Assembly: GCA_007129355.1 (NCBI GenBank)
Contig: SKVR01000052.1
Span: 1-43,478 of the forward strand
DNA length: 43,478 nt
DNA from: Bacteroidales bacterium
GTDB lineage: Bacteria; Bacteroidota; Bacteroidia; Bacteroidales; UBA7960
Reading direction: 5' to 3'
Under the pieces are notes generated by a model. That model ran no database searches. It saw only the letters and a program-made list of their open reading frames with translations, and had not been told where the DNA came from. Numbering within the stretch: position 1 is the stretch's first letter; the number at the start of each line of letters is the position of its first letter. The translations under genes were made by a program, and so were the position numbers. This document shows positions 19,656 to 29,500 of this stretch, in pieces.

Positions 19656-20138
19656 ATGTTTACTAAGTTAGAAAGAACTAAATATTTGCCGGGGGATAAG
19701 CCCATTTTGGCCTGGGATGGAAATTGCGGATTCTGCCATTACTGGGTGCTTCGATGGAAAAAGTTTTCAGGAGATAAGGTAATTTACGAACCCTATATAA
19801 AGGTTGCGCATAAGTTTCCTGATATTGATCTTCGTCATTTTAGGCAGGCAGTAAGATTAATTGATGTGGACGGAAGGATTTATACCGGTCCGGCTGCAGC
19901 TTTCCGGTCTTTCCGTTATGGTAAAAGATACCGTTGGCTAATGCCTCTGTATGAGAAATGTAAAATAGCAGAGTTTATCGCTGACCATACTTACAGGATT
20001 ATTTCGAAAAACAGACCATTCATGTACAAACTGGCTGTGGCCATGTGGGGAAGGAACCCTGTCAATCAAAAGCCATACTGGCTCATATATTTGGGTTCTT
20101 TGTTACTTATTTTTGCTGGCTTTTCTTTTATGACTTGA
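19656..20138 (+). CDS. DCC1-like thiol-disulfide oxidoreductase (DUF393 family)
   Basis: 160 aa with the DGNCGFCHYWV (DxxCxxC) motif near the N-terminus and a C-terminal hydrophobic helix. Confidence 0.7.
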   Translation: MFTKLERTKYLPGDKPILAWDGNCGFCHYWVLRWKKFSGDKVIYEPYIKVAHKFPDIDLRHFRQAVRLIDVDGRIYTGPAAAFRSFRYGKRYRWLMPLYEKCKIAEFIADHTYRIISKNRPFMYKLAVAMWGRNPVNQKPYWLIYLGSLLLIFAGFSFMT

Positions 20139-20279
20139 ATTTATTATGAGGTTTTAATTCAATCTTTATATTGTTGAGCAGAATGTTTTTTGTGGCCATA
20201 TTTAAGGAAAAGCCGAAAAATACTTTTTCATATATTGTTATGTCATTATTACTTTTAAACAAATTAAAAACAGAAACAA

Positions 20280-20483
20280 ATGAAAGCAAACATGGGAACT
20301 GCGGATAAAATTATCCGTGTTTTGATTGCCGTAGTAATTGGTGTGCTTATTTATACAAATGTGTTAAGTGGCACTTTGGCAATTGTATTGGGAGTATTGG
20401 GTATTGTATTTTTGCTTACGAGCCTGGTAAGTTTTTGCCCACTTTATACCCTGGTTGGAATTAAGACCTGCAAAACGAAGTAA
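20280..20483 (+). CDS. YgaP-like transmembrane protein (DUF2892)
   Basis: 67 aa with two predicted TM helices and an SFCPLY motif near the C-terminus. Confidence 0.65.
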   Translation: MKANMGTADKIIRVLIAVVIGVLIYTNVLSGTLAIVLGVLGIVFLLTSLVSFCPLYTLVGIKTCKTK

Positions 20484-20494
20484 CAACCGGGGGT

Positions 20495-21028
20495 CTAATC
20501 TATATCTCCCGGATCATTTTTGTACCAACCTGCGTATTTGATATAGTTGTTTGAAATTCTGTCCAGCAAACGGCTGGTCAGTTCCTGATTTGTGCTTTTA
20601 ATTTTCTTTGCGGGTATTCCTGCATATACACTTCCGGGTTCAATTATTGTATTTTCCAGCACAACAGAGCCGGCAGCGATGATACTGTTGCTGCCAACTA
20701 CAGCATTATCCATAATAATGGCATTCATCCCCACAAGCACATTATTATCAATGGTGCATCCATGAACTATGGCGTTATGGGCAATGGATACGTTGTTTCC
20801 AATGGTCGTGGGAGCTGTTTCATAAGTGCAATGAATAATCGCTCCATCCTGTATATTAACTTTATTGCCAATACGGATATAATGCACATCGCCTCTTACC
20901 ACTGCATTGAACCATACACTGCATTGATCGCCCATTACTACATCGCCGATAACCGTGGCGTTTTCTGCCAGGTAACAGTCTTTTCCAAACTTTGGAGTAA
21001 AACCTTTTATTGTCTTTATTAAAGCCAT
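20495..21028 (-). CDS. gamma-carbonic anhydrase family / hexapeptide-repeat protein
   Basis: 177 aa with left-handed beta-helix hexapeptide repeats throughout and His-containing strands (VRGDVHYIRIG, IIHCT, AIVHGC). Confidence 0.8.
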   Translation of the reverse strand: MALIKTIKGFTPKFGKDCYLAENATVIGDVVMGDQCSVWFNAVVRGDVHYIRIGNKVNIQDGAIIHCTYETAPTTIGNNVSIAHNAIVHGCTIDNNVLVGMNAIIMDNAVVGSNSIIAAGSVVLENTIIEPGSVYAGIPAKKIKSTNQELTSRLLDRISNNYIKYAGWYKNDPGDID

Positions 21029-21055
21029 ATCAATTTAATGAAAACGCATTTTAAA

Positions 21056-22363
21056 TTAAAGCCCCAGTAAAAGCTCTTCAGGCTTTTTCCCTGGCGAGAG
21101 CATAGAAGCAGGATTTTCCAGAAACTCTTTGATTGCTACCAGGAATCCTACTGATTCTTTTCCATCAATAATACGGTGATCGTAGGAAAGTGCCAAATAC
21201 ATAATGGGTCTGATTTCAACTTTTCCGTTTATAGCAACAGGGCGTTCAACAATATTATGCATGCCCAGTATGGCGCTTTGGGGCGGATTAATTATGGGTG
21301 TAGATAGCATGGAGCCAAATACCCCTCCATTGGTAATGGAAAAAGTACCTCCTGTAAGTTCTTCAATGGTAATTTTATTTTCGCGGGCTTTATTAGCAAG
21401 TTCTCCAATCACTTTCTCAATTTCGGCCAGCGATTTCTTTTGCGCATCACGGATTACGGGTACCATTAAACCTTTGGGTGTGCTAACGGCAATTCCGATA
21501 TCAGCATAATCAGGCATAATAATATGTCCATCGTCAATTTGACCGTTAACCTGGGGATAGTTCGGTATAGCCGATGTTACAGCTTTTACAAAGAAGGACA
21601 TGAAACCCGGTTTGACACCATATTTTTTCTCAAACTTGTCTTTATACTTATTGCGGATATTAATAATGGCCGACATGTCAACCTCGTTGAAGGTTGTAAG
21701 CATGGCAGTTTCATTCTTAACGGCAACAAGGCGTTCGGCAATTTTCCGACGCAAAGTGGTCATTTTTATTTTTTTAATCTCCCTGCTTCCTTCCCATGAA
21801 GCAATAGTTGCATTACTTTCGGTGGCTGAGCTTTTCTCTTTTCCAACCTGGCTTGCTATGGCCTGTAAAATATCTTTGCGGGTAATCCTTTTATGGTTGG
21901 GGTTTTGAATAATCTTCTCTGCATCAACATCCAGCTCATCAAGCAATTTTTTCGCCTGTGGGCTTAGGGTGAATTCTTCAGCTGGAACTGTCTTGCCTGC
22001 TTGGTTTTCTTTGAGTTCAGGTTCAGGCTTTTTATCTTCAACTTTTTCTTCAGAACTTGTTCTTTCTTTTTTTTCATCTTCTTGTTCCTGTTTCGGAGAT
22101 TCTTTAGCTTCTGCCTTTTTCTCCCTTTTTACAGAATTGTCTATTTGGCCGATTACCTTGCCGGGTTCAATGGTTGTTCCTTCTTCAATTATAATCTTTA
22201 TTACACCATCATCGTCAGCGTTTATGGTTAAGGTTGCTTTGTCGGAGTCTATTTCGGCAATTTCCTGATCTTTTTCTACATAATCTCCATCTTCAACCAG
22301 CCACTTGGCCAATTCAACCTGTGTTATGGATTCTCCTGCTTCCGGAACTCTGATATCAATCAT
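21056..22363 (-). CDS. sucB: dihydrolipoyllysine-residue succinyltransferase (2-oxoglutarate dehydrogenase E2)
   Basis: 435 aa with a lipoyl domain and lipoyl-Lys context [12 protein letters not shown] Glu/Lys/Pro-rich linker and a subunit-binding region precede the catalytic motif SYDHRIIDG. Confidence 0.9.
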   Translation of the reverse strand: MIDIRVPEAGESITQVELAKWLVEDGDYVEKDQEIAEIDSDKATLTINADDDGVIKIIIEEGTTIEPGKVIGQIDNSVKREKKAEAKESPKQEQEDEKKERTSSEEKVEDKKPEPELKENQAGKTVPAEEFTLSPQAKKLLDELDVDAEKIIQNPNHKRITRKDILQAIASQVGKEKSSATESNATIASWEGSREIKKIKMTTLRRKIAERLVAVKNETAMLTTFNEVDMSAIINIRNKYKDKFEKKYGVKPGFMSFFVKAVTSAIPNYPQVNGQIDDGHIIMPDYADIGIAVSTPKGLMVPVIRDAQKKSLAEIEKVIGELANKARENKITIEELTGGTFSITNGGVFGSMLSTPIINPPQSAILGMHNIVERPVAINGKVEIRPIMYLALSYDHRIIDGKESVGFLVAIKEFLENPASMLSPGKKPEELLLGL

Positions 22364-22372
22364 TTTTGTTAG

Positions 22373-22436
22373 GTTAATGAGTTAATGAGTTAATGGGTTA
22401 TTGGGTTAATGAGTTATTGGGTTATTAAGTTAAATA
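22373..22436. repeat. 8-bp tandem repeat x8 in the sucA-sucB spacer
   Basis: The plus strand reads GTTAATGA GTTAATGA GTTAATGG GTTATTGG GTTAATGA GTTATTGG GTTATTAA GTTAAATA. It fills most of the 100-nt gap between the sucA stop (22464) and the sucB start (22363). Confidence 0.9.
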
Positions 22437-22463
22437 AATATTAGATATCTTAATACTGAATAA

Positions 22464-25262
22464 CTAAATCGTATTGAATTGATCCAGGTGGCTGATGCAA
22501 AGTTGTTTGCATTCGCGGCAAACATTCTCACAGTTGCAGTCTTCAAAAGCTTTTTCAATGATCTTGTTTTGCTGTATGGTGTGAAACTTGCTCGAGCCAC
22601 TTGCCGGGCTTCCGCTGGGTGGCCTGGCGATAACACCAGGATTGATAAATCCAAGAAAATCATTGATAAAGTACCAGGCTCCCATATTTTTAGGCTCTTC
22701 CTGCACCCAAAGCCACCGTTTGGCATTGGTATATTTTTCCTTCAGAGTCTTTAATTCTTTTTCAGGAACCGGGTATAATTGTTCAAGCCTTACGATGGCA
22801 GTATTATGATGATTTTCTTTTTGTTTTTGTTCTTCCAGTTCGTAGTAAACTTTGCCAGAGCAAATCACAACACGTTCAATTTTTTCGGGATCAGCATTTT
22901 CATCATCAATCAATGGCATGAAATTGCCACTGGCCAGTTCATCAAGAGAAGAAACGCATTTGGGGTGGCGAAGCAGACTTTTTGGGGTGAGAATCACCAG
23001 CGGCTTTCTGTAATTCCTTTTCATTTGCCTTCTCAGAATGTGATAGAAGTTAGCCGGAGTAGTGCAGTTGGCAACCTGCATATTGTTTTCGGCACATAAA
23101 GCAAGGAATCTTTCCATACGGGCACTGGAGTGCTCCGGGCCTTGTCCTTCAAACCCATGAGGCAAAAGCATTACCAGACCGTTCATTACCCTCCATTTTT
23201 CTTCACCACTGCTGATAAACTGATCGATGATAATTTGCGCCCCGTTAATAAAGTCACCAAACTGGGCCTCCCAAATTACCATGCTTTTGGGGTTGGCCAT
23301 AGCATATCCGTATTCAAAGCCCAAAACACCATATTCAGATAGCAGAGAGTTGTAAATATCAAAAGGGGCCTGGTTTTCTGAAATATGATTCAAAAGCGAA
23401 TATCCTTCGGCAGTGTCTTCTGTAATCAGGACAGCATGACGGTGCGAAAATGTACCCCTCGCTATATCCTGACCCGTAAATCTTACACGAATACCCTCAT
23501 GCACCAGGCTGGCATAAGCAAGTAGCTCTCCCATGGCCCAGTCGAGCTTTATTCCGTTTTCAATCATTTTTCTTCTCTCTTCCATCAGGCGGATGGATTT
23601 TCTGAAAAAGGATTTATCATCGGGTAATTCTGTTATTTTCTTTCCCAGAAAACGAAGTGTTTCCAAATCTACTCTCGTATCAGCATCGTTATGAATATGA
23701 AGGGCATCGGGCCTGGGAAATCCTTTCCAGGTGTTTGCCAAAAAAGGATCAATATTCCCTTTTTCAATTTTCTTTGATTCTTCCAGTTCTTTGTCAAGAA
23801 TTTCATTGAAAGTGTCGCGGAGACCTCTTGCGTAATCGTTGCTGATGATACCTTCTTTTATGAGCTTTTCAATGTAAATGGTTGCTGGATCAGGGTGTTT
23901 TTCAATGATTTTGTAAAGCAATGGCTGAGTAAAGCGGGGTTCATCGCTTTCGTTATGTCCGTATTTCCTGTAACAGAGCAAATCAATAAACACATCACGC
24001 TGAAACTTTTGCCGGAATTGCATGGCCAGCTTTATGGTATAAACAACAGCTTCAACATCGTCACCATTAACATGAAAAACAGGTGATTGAATGGTTTTGG
24101 CCACATCAGTGCAATAGGTACTGCTTCTTGCATCAAGATAATTGGTTGTAAAGCCCAATTGATTATTGATAACAAGGTGAATGGTGCCGCCGGTTTTGTA
24201 TGCAGGAAGTTGCGACATCTGTATAACCTCATAAACAATTCCCTGCCCGGCAATAGATGCATCACCATGAATCAGTATCGGGGCAATCTGCGAATAGTCA
24301 CCTTCATATTTCTGGTCGGCTTTTGCTCTTGCTATTCCTTCAACTACAGGATTTACTGCTTCCAGGTGACTTGGGTTGGGTGCGATATTTACATTGATGG
24401 TTTTTCCTTTTGAAGTTTCTGTTTCAAGGGTACATCCAAGATGATATTTAACATCACCCAGCAAGGTTTCATCCTCATAGGCCATACCTTCAAATTCGCT
24501 GAAGATCTTCCGGTAGGGTTTGTGAAGAATATTGCCCAGCACATTAAGCCTACCCCTGTGTGCCATACCGATAATAAACTCTTTTATACCAGATTCGGCT
24601 CCCAGTTCAATTACAGCATCAAGTGCAGGAATGAGAGTTTCTCCGCCTTCTAGAGAAAACCGTTTCTGACCAGGAAACCGCTTCCTGATAAAATGCTCAA
24701 AGCCAACGGCTTCGGTAAGCTTTTTGAGGACTTGTTTTTTGGTATTAGCTTCAAAATCAGGAGTATTTCTGCAGCTTTCCATTTTGTTTTTGAGCCAATC
24801 AACAATTTCGGGTATACGAATAAACATATATTCGGCTCCCACACTTTGGCAATAGGTGGCCTGCATATGTTCAATGATTTTTTTCAGACTTGTCTTGCCT
24901 ATGCCTATTTCGCTTCCGGCCTGAAATTCATGCTGAAGGTCATCATCACTTAAACCGAAGTTCTGATAATCAAGAGTAGGAGAGTATTGACGACGGGTTC
25001 TTACAGGATTGGTTTTGGTAAAAAGATGACCTCTCTGGCGGTATGCATTAATGAGATCTATAACTTTAAATTCATTTCGAAAAACCCGGCTCGCTTTTTC
25101 TGATAAATGACCCGAGTCGGGGTAATGGGTCTGAGAGAATTCAAAACCTCGAAAGAAATTCTGCCAGTCGGCACTAACGTTGTCAGGATCGGAAAGATAT
25201 TGTTGATAAAGAGATTCTATGGCTTGGGGGTCTGCATTACCCAGATATGTGAATTTTTCCAT
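22464..25262 (-). CDS. sucA: 2-oxoglutarate dehydrogenase E1 component
   Basis: 932 aa from the ATG at 25262 (MEKFTYLGNADPQAIESLYQQY, a typical SucA N-terminus). The ThDP region is HGDASIAGQG. The ORF-track start at 25337 is a TTG, and its extension contains a -7 promoter box. Confidence 0.9.
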   Translation of the reverse strand: MEKFTYLGNADPQAIESLYQQYLSDPDNVSADWQNFFRGFEFSQTHYPDSGHLSEKASRVFRNEFKVIDLINAYRQRGHLFTKTNPVRTRRQYSPTLDYQNFGLSDDDLQHEFQAGSEIGIGKTSLKKIIEHMQATYCQSVGAEYMFIRIPEIVDWLKNKMESCRNTPDFEANTKKQVLKKLTEAVGFEHFIRKRFPGQKRFSLEGGETLIPALDAVIELGAESGIKEFIIGMAHRGRLNVLGNILHKPYRKIFSEFEGMAYEDETLLGDVKYHLGCTLETETSKGKTINVNIAPNPSHLEAVNPVVEGIARAKADQKYEGDYSQIAPILIHGDASIAGQGIVYEVIQMSQLPAYKTGGTIHLVINNQLGFTTNYLDARSSTYCTDVAKTIQSPVFHVNGDDVEAVVYTIKLAMQFRQKFQRDVFIDLLCYRKYGHNESDEPRFTQPLLYKIIEKHPDPATIYIEKLIKEGIISNDYARGLRDTFNEILDKELEESKKIEKGNIDPFLANTWKGFPRPDALHIHNDADTRVDLETLRFLGKKITELPDDKSFFRKSIRLMEERRKMIENGIKLDWAMGELLAYASLVHEGIRVRFTGQDIARGTFSHRHAVLITEDTAEGYSLLNHISENQAPFDIYNSLLSEYGVLGFEYGYAMANPKSMVIWEAQFGDFINGAQIIIDQFISSGEEKWRVMNGLVMLLPHGFEGQGPEHSSARMERFLALCAENNMQVANCTTPANFYHILRRQMKRNYRKPLVILTPKSLLRHPKCVSSLDELASGNFMPLIDDENADPEKIERVVICSGKVYYELEEQKQKENHHNTAIVRLEQLYPVPEKELKTLKEKYTNAKRWLWVQEEPKNMGAWYFINDFLGFINPGVIARPPSGSPASGSSKFHTIQQNKIIEKAFEDCNCENVCRECKQLCISHLDQFNTI

Positions 25263-25295
25263 AAGTGTTGTTTTCAAAGGCTTAAGGGTGTAATG

Positions 25296-25303
25296 CAAAT
25301 TTA
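25296..25303 (-). promoter_or_regulatory. candidate -7 box (TAAATTTG) for sucA
   Basis: The minus strand reads TAAATTTG (TAnnTTTG) 34 nt upstream of the ATG at 25262. It lies inside the 25-codon TTG-initiated extension, which supports the shorter start. Confidence 0.35.
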
Positions 25304-25643
25304 ATATTATTTGTTTGATCAGAAAGTTGTTTTTCAATGTTTAACCCGATAATCCGGAATTTGTTCCGAAAAATATCTTTACTGGTTAAAAGATATTACT
25401 GGTTATTCTGGCTCTATTAATAGATTGGGAAAAAAGATAAAAAATCAAATATTTAAATGCCTTTAATGAAAATGTAGAAATTTAAACAATGTCGATCAGG
25501 AAATACATTAATCAGACAAAGGAATGAATGGATTAAACATAAAAATATATTGATGAGTATTGGTTATGTAATGGCCAAAAATATGTATGCTGCCACGGCA
25601 ATGATCTGGCAGGGGGACATCTCTGATCTCACGGTAATGGTAA

Positions 25644-26171
25644 GTCAGGATATGTCTTTGGAAAATTATTGAAACCGGCCAGAAACTATGGATTGGTTGG
25701 CAGATTGACGAACCGGGTTTTGGTGTTTTTCCTTCTGCCTTTGAAGAAGTTGCTGCCTTTAATCAGCTGGCCAATCTGCTTCATTTTGGTGATGATCCCC
25801 GGACCTTTGCTTCCGGATTCTTTAATCCTGCCAACAACAGCGATGGACCCGGATTTGGTCTCTAGGTTGCAACAACAGCAGGTGGTAATCTGATTGAACT
25901 ACCACTTTATGTTAGTGTACAAGACATTACTTTGGGTCAGGGTAATATTTCTATTTTTCCCAACCCAAGTAACCACTTTGTAAATCTGCACAGCGAAAGT
26001 ACAGTGGAGGAAGTGATGGTTTTTGATATCAGTGGACGCATGGTATATCGCAGCGCAATTGAGTTTGACCAGCATCAGATCAATGTACGTCAGTTCGAAA
26101 GCGGAATGAATTTCGTTCAGGTACTGATTACTGAAGGGATGTTTACCGGAAAACTGCAGATTCAGAAATAA
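25644..26171 (+). pseudogene. relic of a T9SS type A CTD (Por secretion tail) cargo gene
   Basis: 25932-26171 encodes an intact-looking type A sorting domain (ISIFPNPSNHFVNLHSE...GMNFVQVLITEGMFTGKLQIQK). The same frame stays open upstream to 25644 except for one TAG at 25863-25865. There is no signal peptide and no plausible start. Confidence 0.55.
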
Positions 26172-26415
26172 TAAACCGGATTAGTATATTTTTTTTAGAT
26201 TCCAAAAATGCAAACTATACGATTATATCTTCTGTTATTTTTTTAAGAAATCAAACATTTTAAACTTTTCGCGATAGGTAGCATAACGATTTGTTGCTCA
26301 GGCGTTACTGCTTTTTTAAAAAAATGAAAAACAGGTAAAAACACCCGGTTAATTCATGTAGGAAAATGGGGATAAAATAGGGAAAATACGCTGTTGTTTG
26401 GGATTTTGGGCTAAG

Positions 26416-26423
26416 TAACTTTG
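26416..26423 (+). promoter_or_regulatory. candidate -7 box (TAACTTTG) upstream of the giant T9SS cargo gene
   Basis: Matches TAnnTTTG 95 nt upstream of the ATG at 26518. Only the motif supports it. Confidence 0.3.
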
Positions 26424-26517
26424 TAAATATTAATGAGTTTGAAAGATTTACAAGGAAACTTCAGTTTAAATCTTTTAGCTCGCAGGTTCAAATCAAACGT
26501 CAAACAACCGTATTTGC

Positions 26518-29500
26518 ATGAAGAGATTTTTTACCATATTTTTCTTTCTGATTTTGCTTCAAGGTATAAGTCCGGCAGTGGCTCAGACTGATACGGAGTT
26601 TTGGTTTGCGGTGCCAAAGCTTACCGAAGGTCATCAGGGTGACCCACCAACTCATCCAGATAGATGGAGATATTTTTTTCGTTTTGCTAACCTTGAACTT
26701 GAAAACCATATTACTATATCTTTACCTGCAGATCCTGCATTTACACCCATTGAAGCCATATTGGCTCCTTATGAAGCTCATACAATAAATGTTACGGACT
26801 TGATTCTTCAATTATGGAACATTAACCCTGATGAGATATATAATCGTGGGGTGAGGATAACAGCAACTAATTTAACTACGGCATACTTTGAAGTGGGTAA
26901 TCATTGGAATCCCGATATTTTCTCTTTAAAAGGCCGAAATGCATTGGGTACAGATTTTTTTATTCCTTTCCAAAATCATTTTCGCAATGGGAACTATGAT
27001 CCCCAGCCCTACTCTGGAATTTATATTGTAGCCACGGAAGACAATACTGAAATAACCGTTACTCCAACCCGACCTGTTTTCCCTGGTAGACCTGCTGGAG
27101 TACCATTTAATTTGACCCTTAATAGGGGTCAATCCATAGCAGTTGTCCCTAATGACTATAACAACACAGGTCAATTACCACAAAATCATTTAGGGGGGAC
27201 ACGTGTAGAAGCAAATAAACCAATAGCAATAACTTCTAGTGATGATTCAGTAGGGGCAAATCCATATGCGGGTTGTAGAGATTTAATTGGTGATCAGCTG
27301 ATCCCCACAAGCATTATAGGTACCGAATATATAGCCATGAGAGGCCGGCTCACAATTCCTGAATTCTTTTTTGTATTGGCTACTGAACCCAATACCATTG
27401 TTGAGATTGATGGGTTTCCGGAGACTGTTCTCCAACCCGGTGAACAGTTTCGCTGGCAGTTTAGCCAACAAACGCATTTTATTAAAACCAGTAAACCCAG
27501 TTACGTTTACCATGTTGCCGGCTTCGGTTGCGAAATGGGTGGAGCTGTTTTACCTCCGATTAATGTTTGCACCGGTTCTACCCGCGTTTCTTTTACCCGT
27601 TCAAAAGCTGAAAGTTTTTTCTTAAATATTCTTGTAAGGGCAGGGGCTGAAGATGCATTTATATTTGGCGGAATGGGGCCCAATACAGTTATTCAGGCAT
27701 CCGACTTTGAAGTTGTTCCTGGCACTACTGATTGGCTTGCTGCAGAATTTGAGTTTAGCCCCAATGCGCCGGTTCCTCTTGGTGTTCCTGTTGGCGAAGC
27801 AACTTTGATTGAAAACACAAAGGATGTCTTTCACCTGGGCATCATAAATGGTGGCCCAACAAGTGGTACCATGTACGGCTATTTCTCCGACTTTAACCAG
27901 CTGGGAGTTCAAGCCAATATTTCAGGTACGGGTATCACTCATAAAGCCTGCTTCGGCGATCCTGTGCAGCTTATTGCACGGGGCGGAACTGAGTATATGT
28001 GGCATCCTGTTGATTTTCTTGATGATCCGACAATTCCTAACCCAATAGCTTTGCCTGATGCATCTATTAAATATACGGTTACCGTAAGCGGGGCCTGTAA
28101 TATGGTCGATTCAACCGATGTATTTATTGAAGTGGGTGATCCCGTAGCTGCTTTATTTACTATTGATCAGTCGGAGGGTTGCTCTCCTCTTGAACTGATG
28201 ATCCAAAATGAATCTTATGGTATTTCCAATTATTCGTGGCGGATGGGCGACGGAACAGTTTACACAACCGGTGCCAGTTATTTCCCGCATACTTTTATAA
28301 ACACAACCGACGATGTAATTGAAAAAGAGATCATGCTGGTAGGGCGGAATTCACTGTTCTGTCGTGATACTATGAGAACGACGGTAAAAATATATCCTGA
28401 AGTACATGCCATTGCCCAGGCAAATGTAATCAGTGGGTGCGCTCCACTAGAGGTTAACTTCACCAGCATCTTAACGAATGCCGATAGTTTTACCTGGAGA
28501 TTTGGTGACGGTTCTTCCAGCACAGAAGAAACACCCACGCACGTTTTTCATAATTACAGTAACGAAGAAAAAACTTTCAGGGTAGTGCTTGATGCCAAAT
28601 CCCGATTTGGATGTGAATCGCAGGATATAATTGAAATCGTTGTTCAGCCCTACATTGAAACCGGCTTCCATGTTGATCCGCCTGTGCATTGCCATCCTTA
28701 CCCGATGGAATTGACAAATACATCTTATGGAGCCACATCGTGCAGCTGGAGCTTTAACGGTGGAAACACATTTGAAGACATTGATAGTTTGCAATTTAAA
28801 CGCACGCTTTTAAATGAAGGTGCCGAGCCAAGAACTTATGAAATATGGCTCGTTGGAGAAAACGATTTTGGCTGTGAACATACTACCATCAGGGACATAA
28901 CTGTAAATCCTCTTATTAAATCTGTTTTTACAGCGGATGTTATTGAAGGATGTAATCCCCTTTTAGTTGATTTTACCAACGAGTCAAGACATGCTCACAC
29001 TTATCTGTGGGATTTTGACAATGACCAAGGCACCAGTTCCGATATTGACCCTGTGATGGTTTTTGAGAATCCAAGTCTTACCGACACTGCTGTATTCAAT
29101 GTAAACCTTCTGGCTGCATCGGAATGGTTCTGCTCTCATGAATCTGAAATGGAAATTAGGGTGTTCCCCAGGATAAGAGCAAATTTCACCTTCGATTATA
29201 CTTCTTTCTGCACTCCGCAGGAAGTTACTTTTTACAATACATCGGTGGGAGGATTAAATTATTACTGGGACTTTGGAGATGGCAACACAAGTGATGGTAA
29301 CAATGCAGAAATTGCACATGAATATATCAATAATACCTCTGAGAAAATCGTTTATCCTGTTAAACTGATCATTGAAAATGCCAGCGGATGTATGGATACT
29401 GTGATACGTGAAGTAACCATCTTCCCGCAAATAAAGGCTGATTTCGATATGACAACATCAGGATGCCATCCTCTGGATGTGGAGTTCCGGAACTCCTCAA

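Noticed and set aside
22373-22436. Tandem 8-mers as a CRISPR-like array
   Set aside because: The units are contiguous with no spacers, are far too short, and no cas genes are nearby. It is a microsatellite-type tandem repeat.
25372-25405. 9-bp inverted repeat AATATCTTT / AAAGATATT (25372-25397) and direct repeat TTACTGGTTA (25379-25388 and 25396-25405) upstream of sucA
   Set aside because: It is real in the sequence but AT-only, short, and has no supporting context. It could be an operator, but the evidence is too weak to call.
25863-25865. In-frame TAG as possible stop-codon reassignment or programmed read-through
   Set aside because: TAG is the terminator of sucA (22464-22466) and of the gamma-CA gene (20495-20497) in the same window. 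A nonsense mutation in a decaying gene is the simpler explanation.
25669-25893. 74-aa TTG-initiated ORF upstream of the T9SS CTD fragment
   Set aside because: It is in a different frame from the CTD relic, and its translation (LLPLKKLLPLISWPICFILVMIPGPLLP) looks like an out-of-frame reading. The alternative frame gives a more protein-like sequence contiguous with the CTD.
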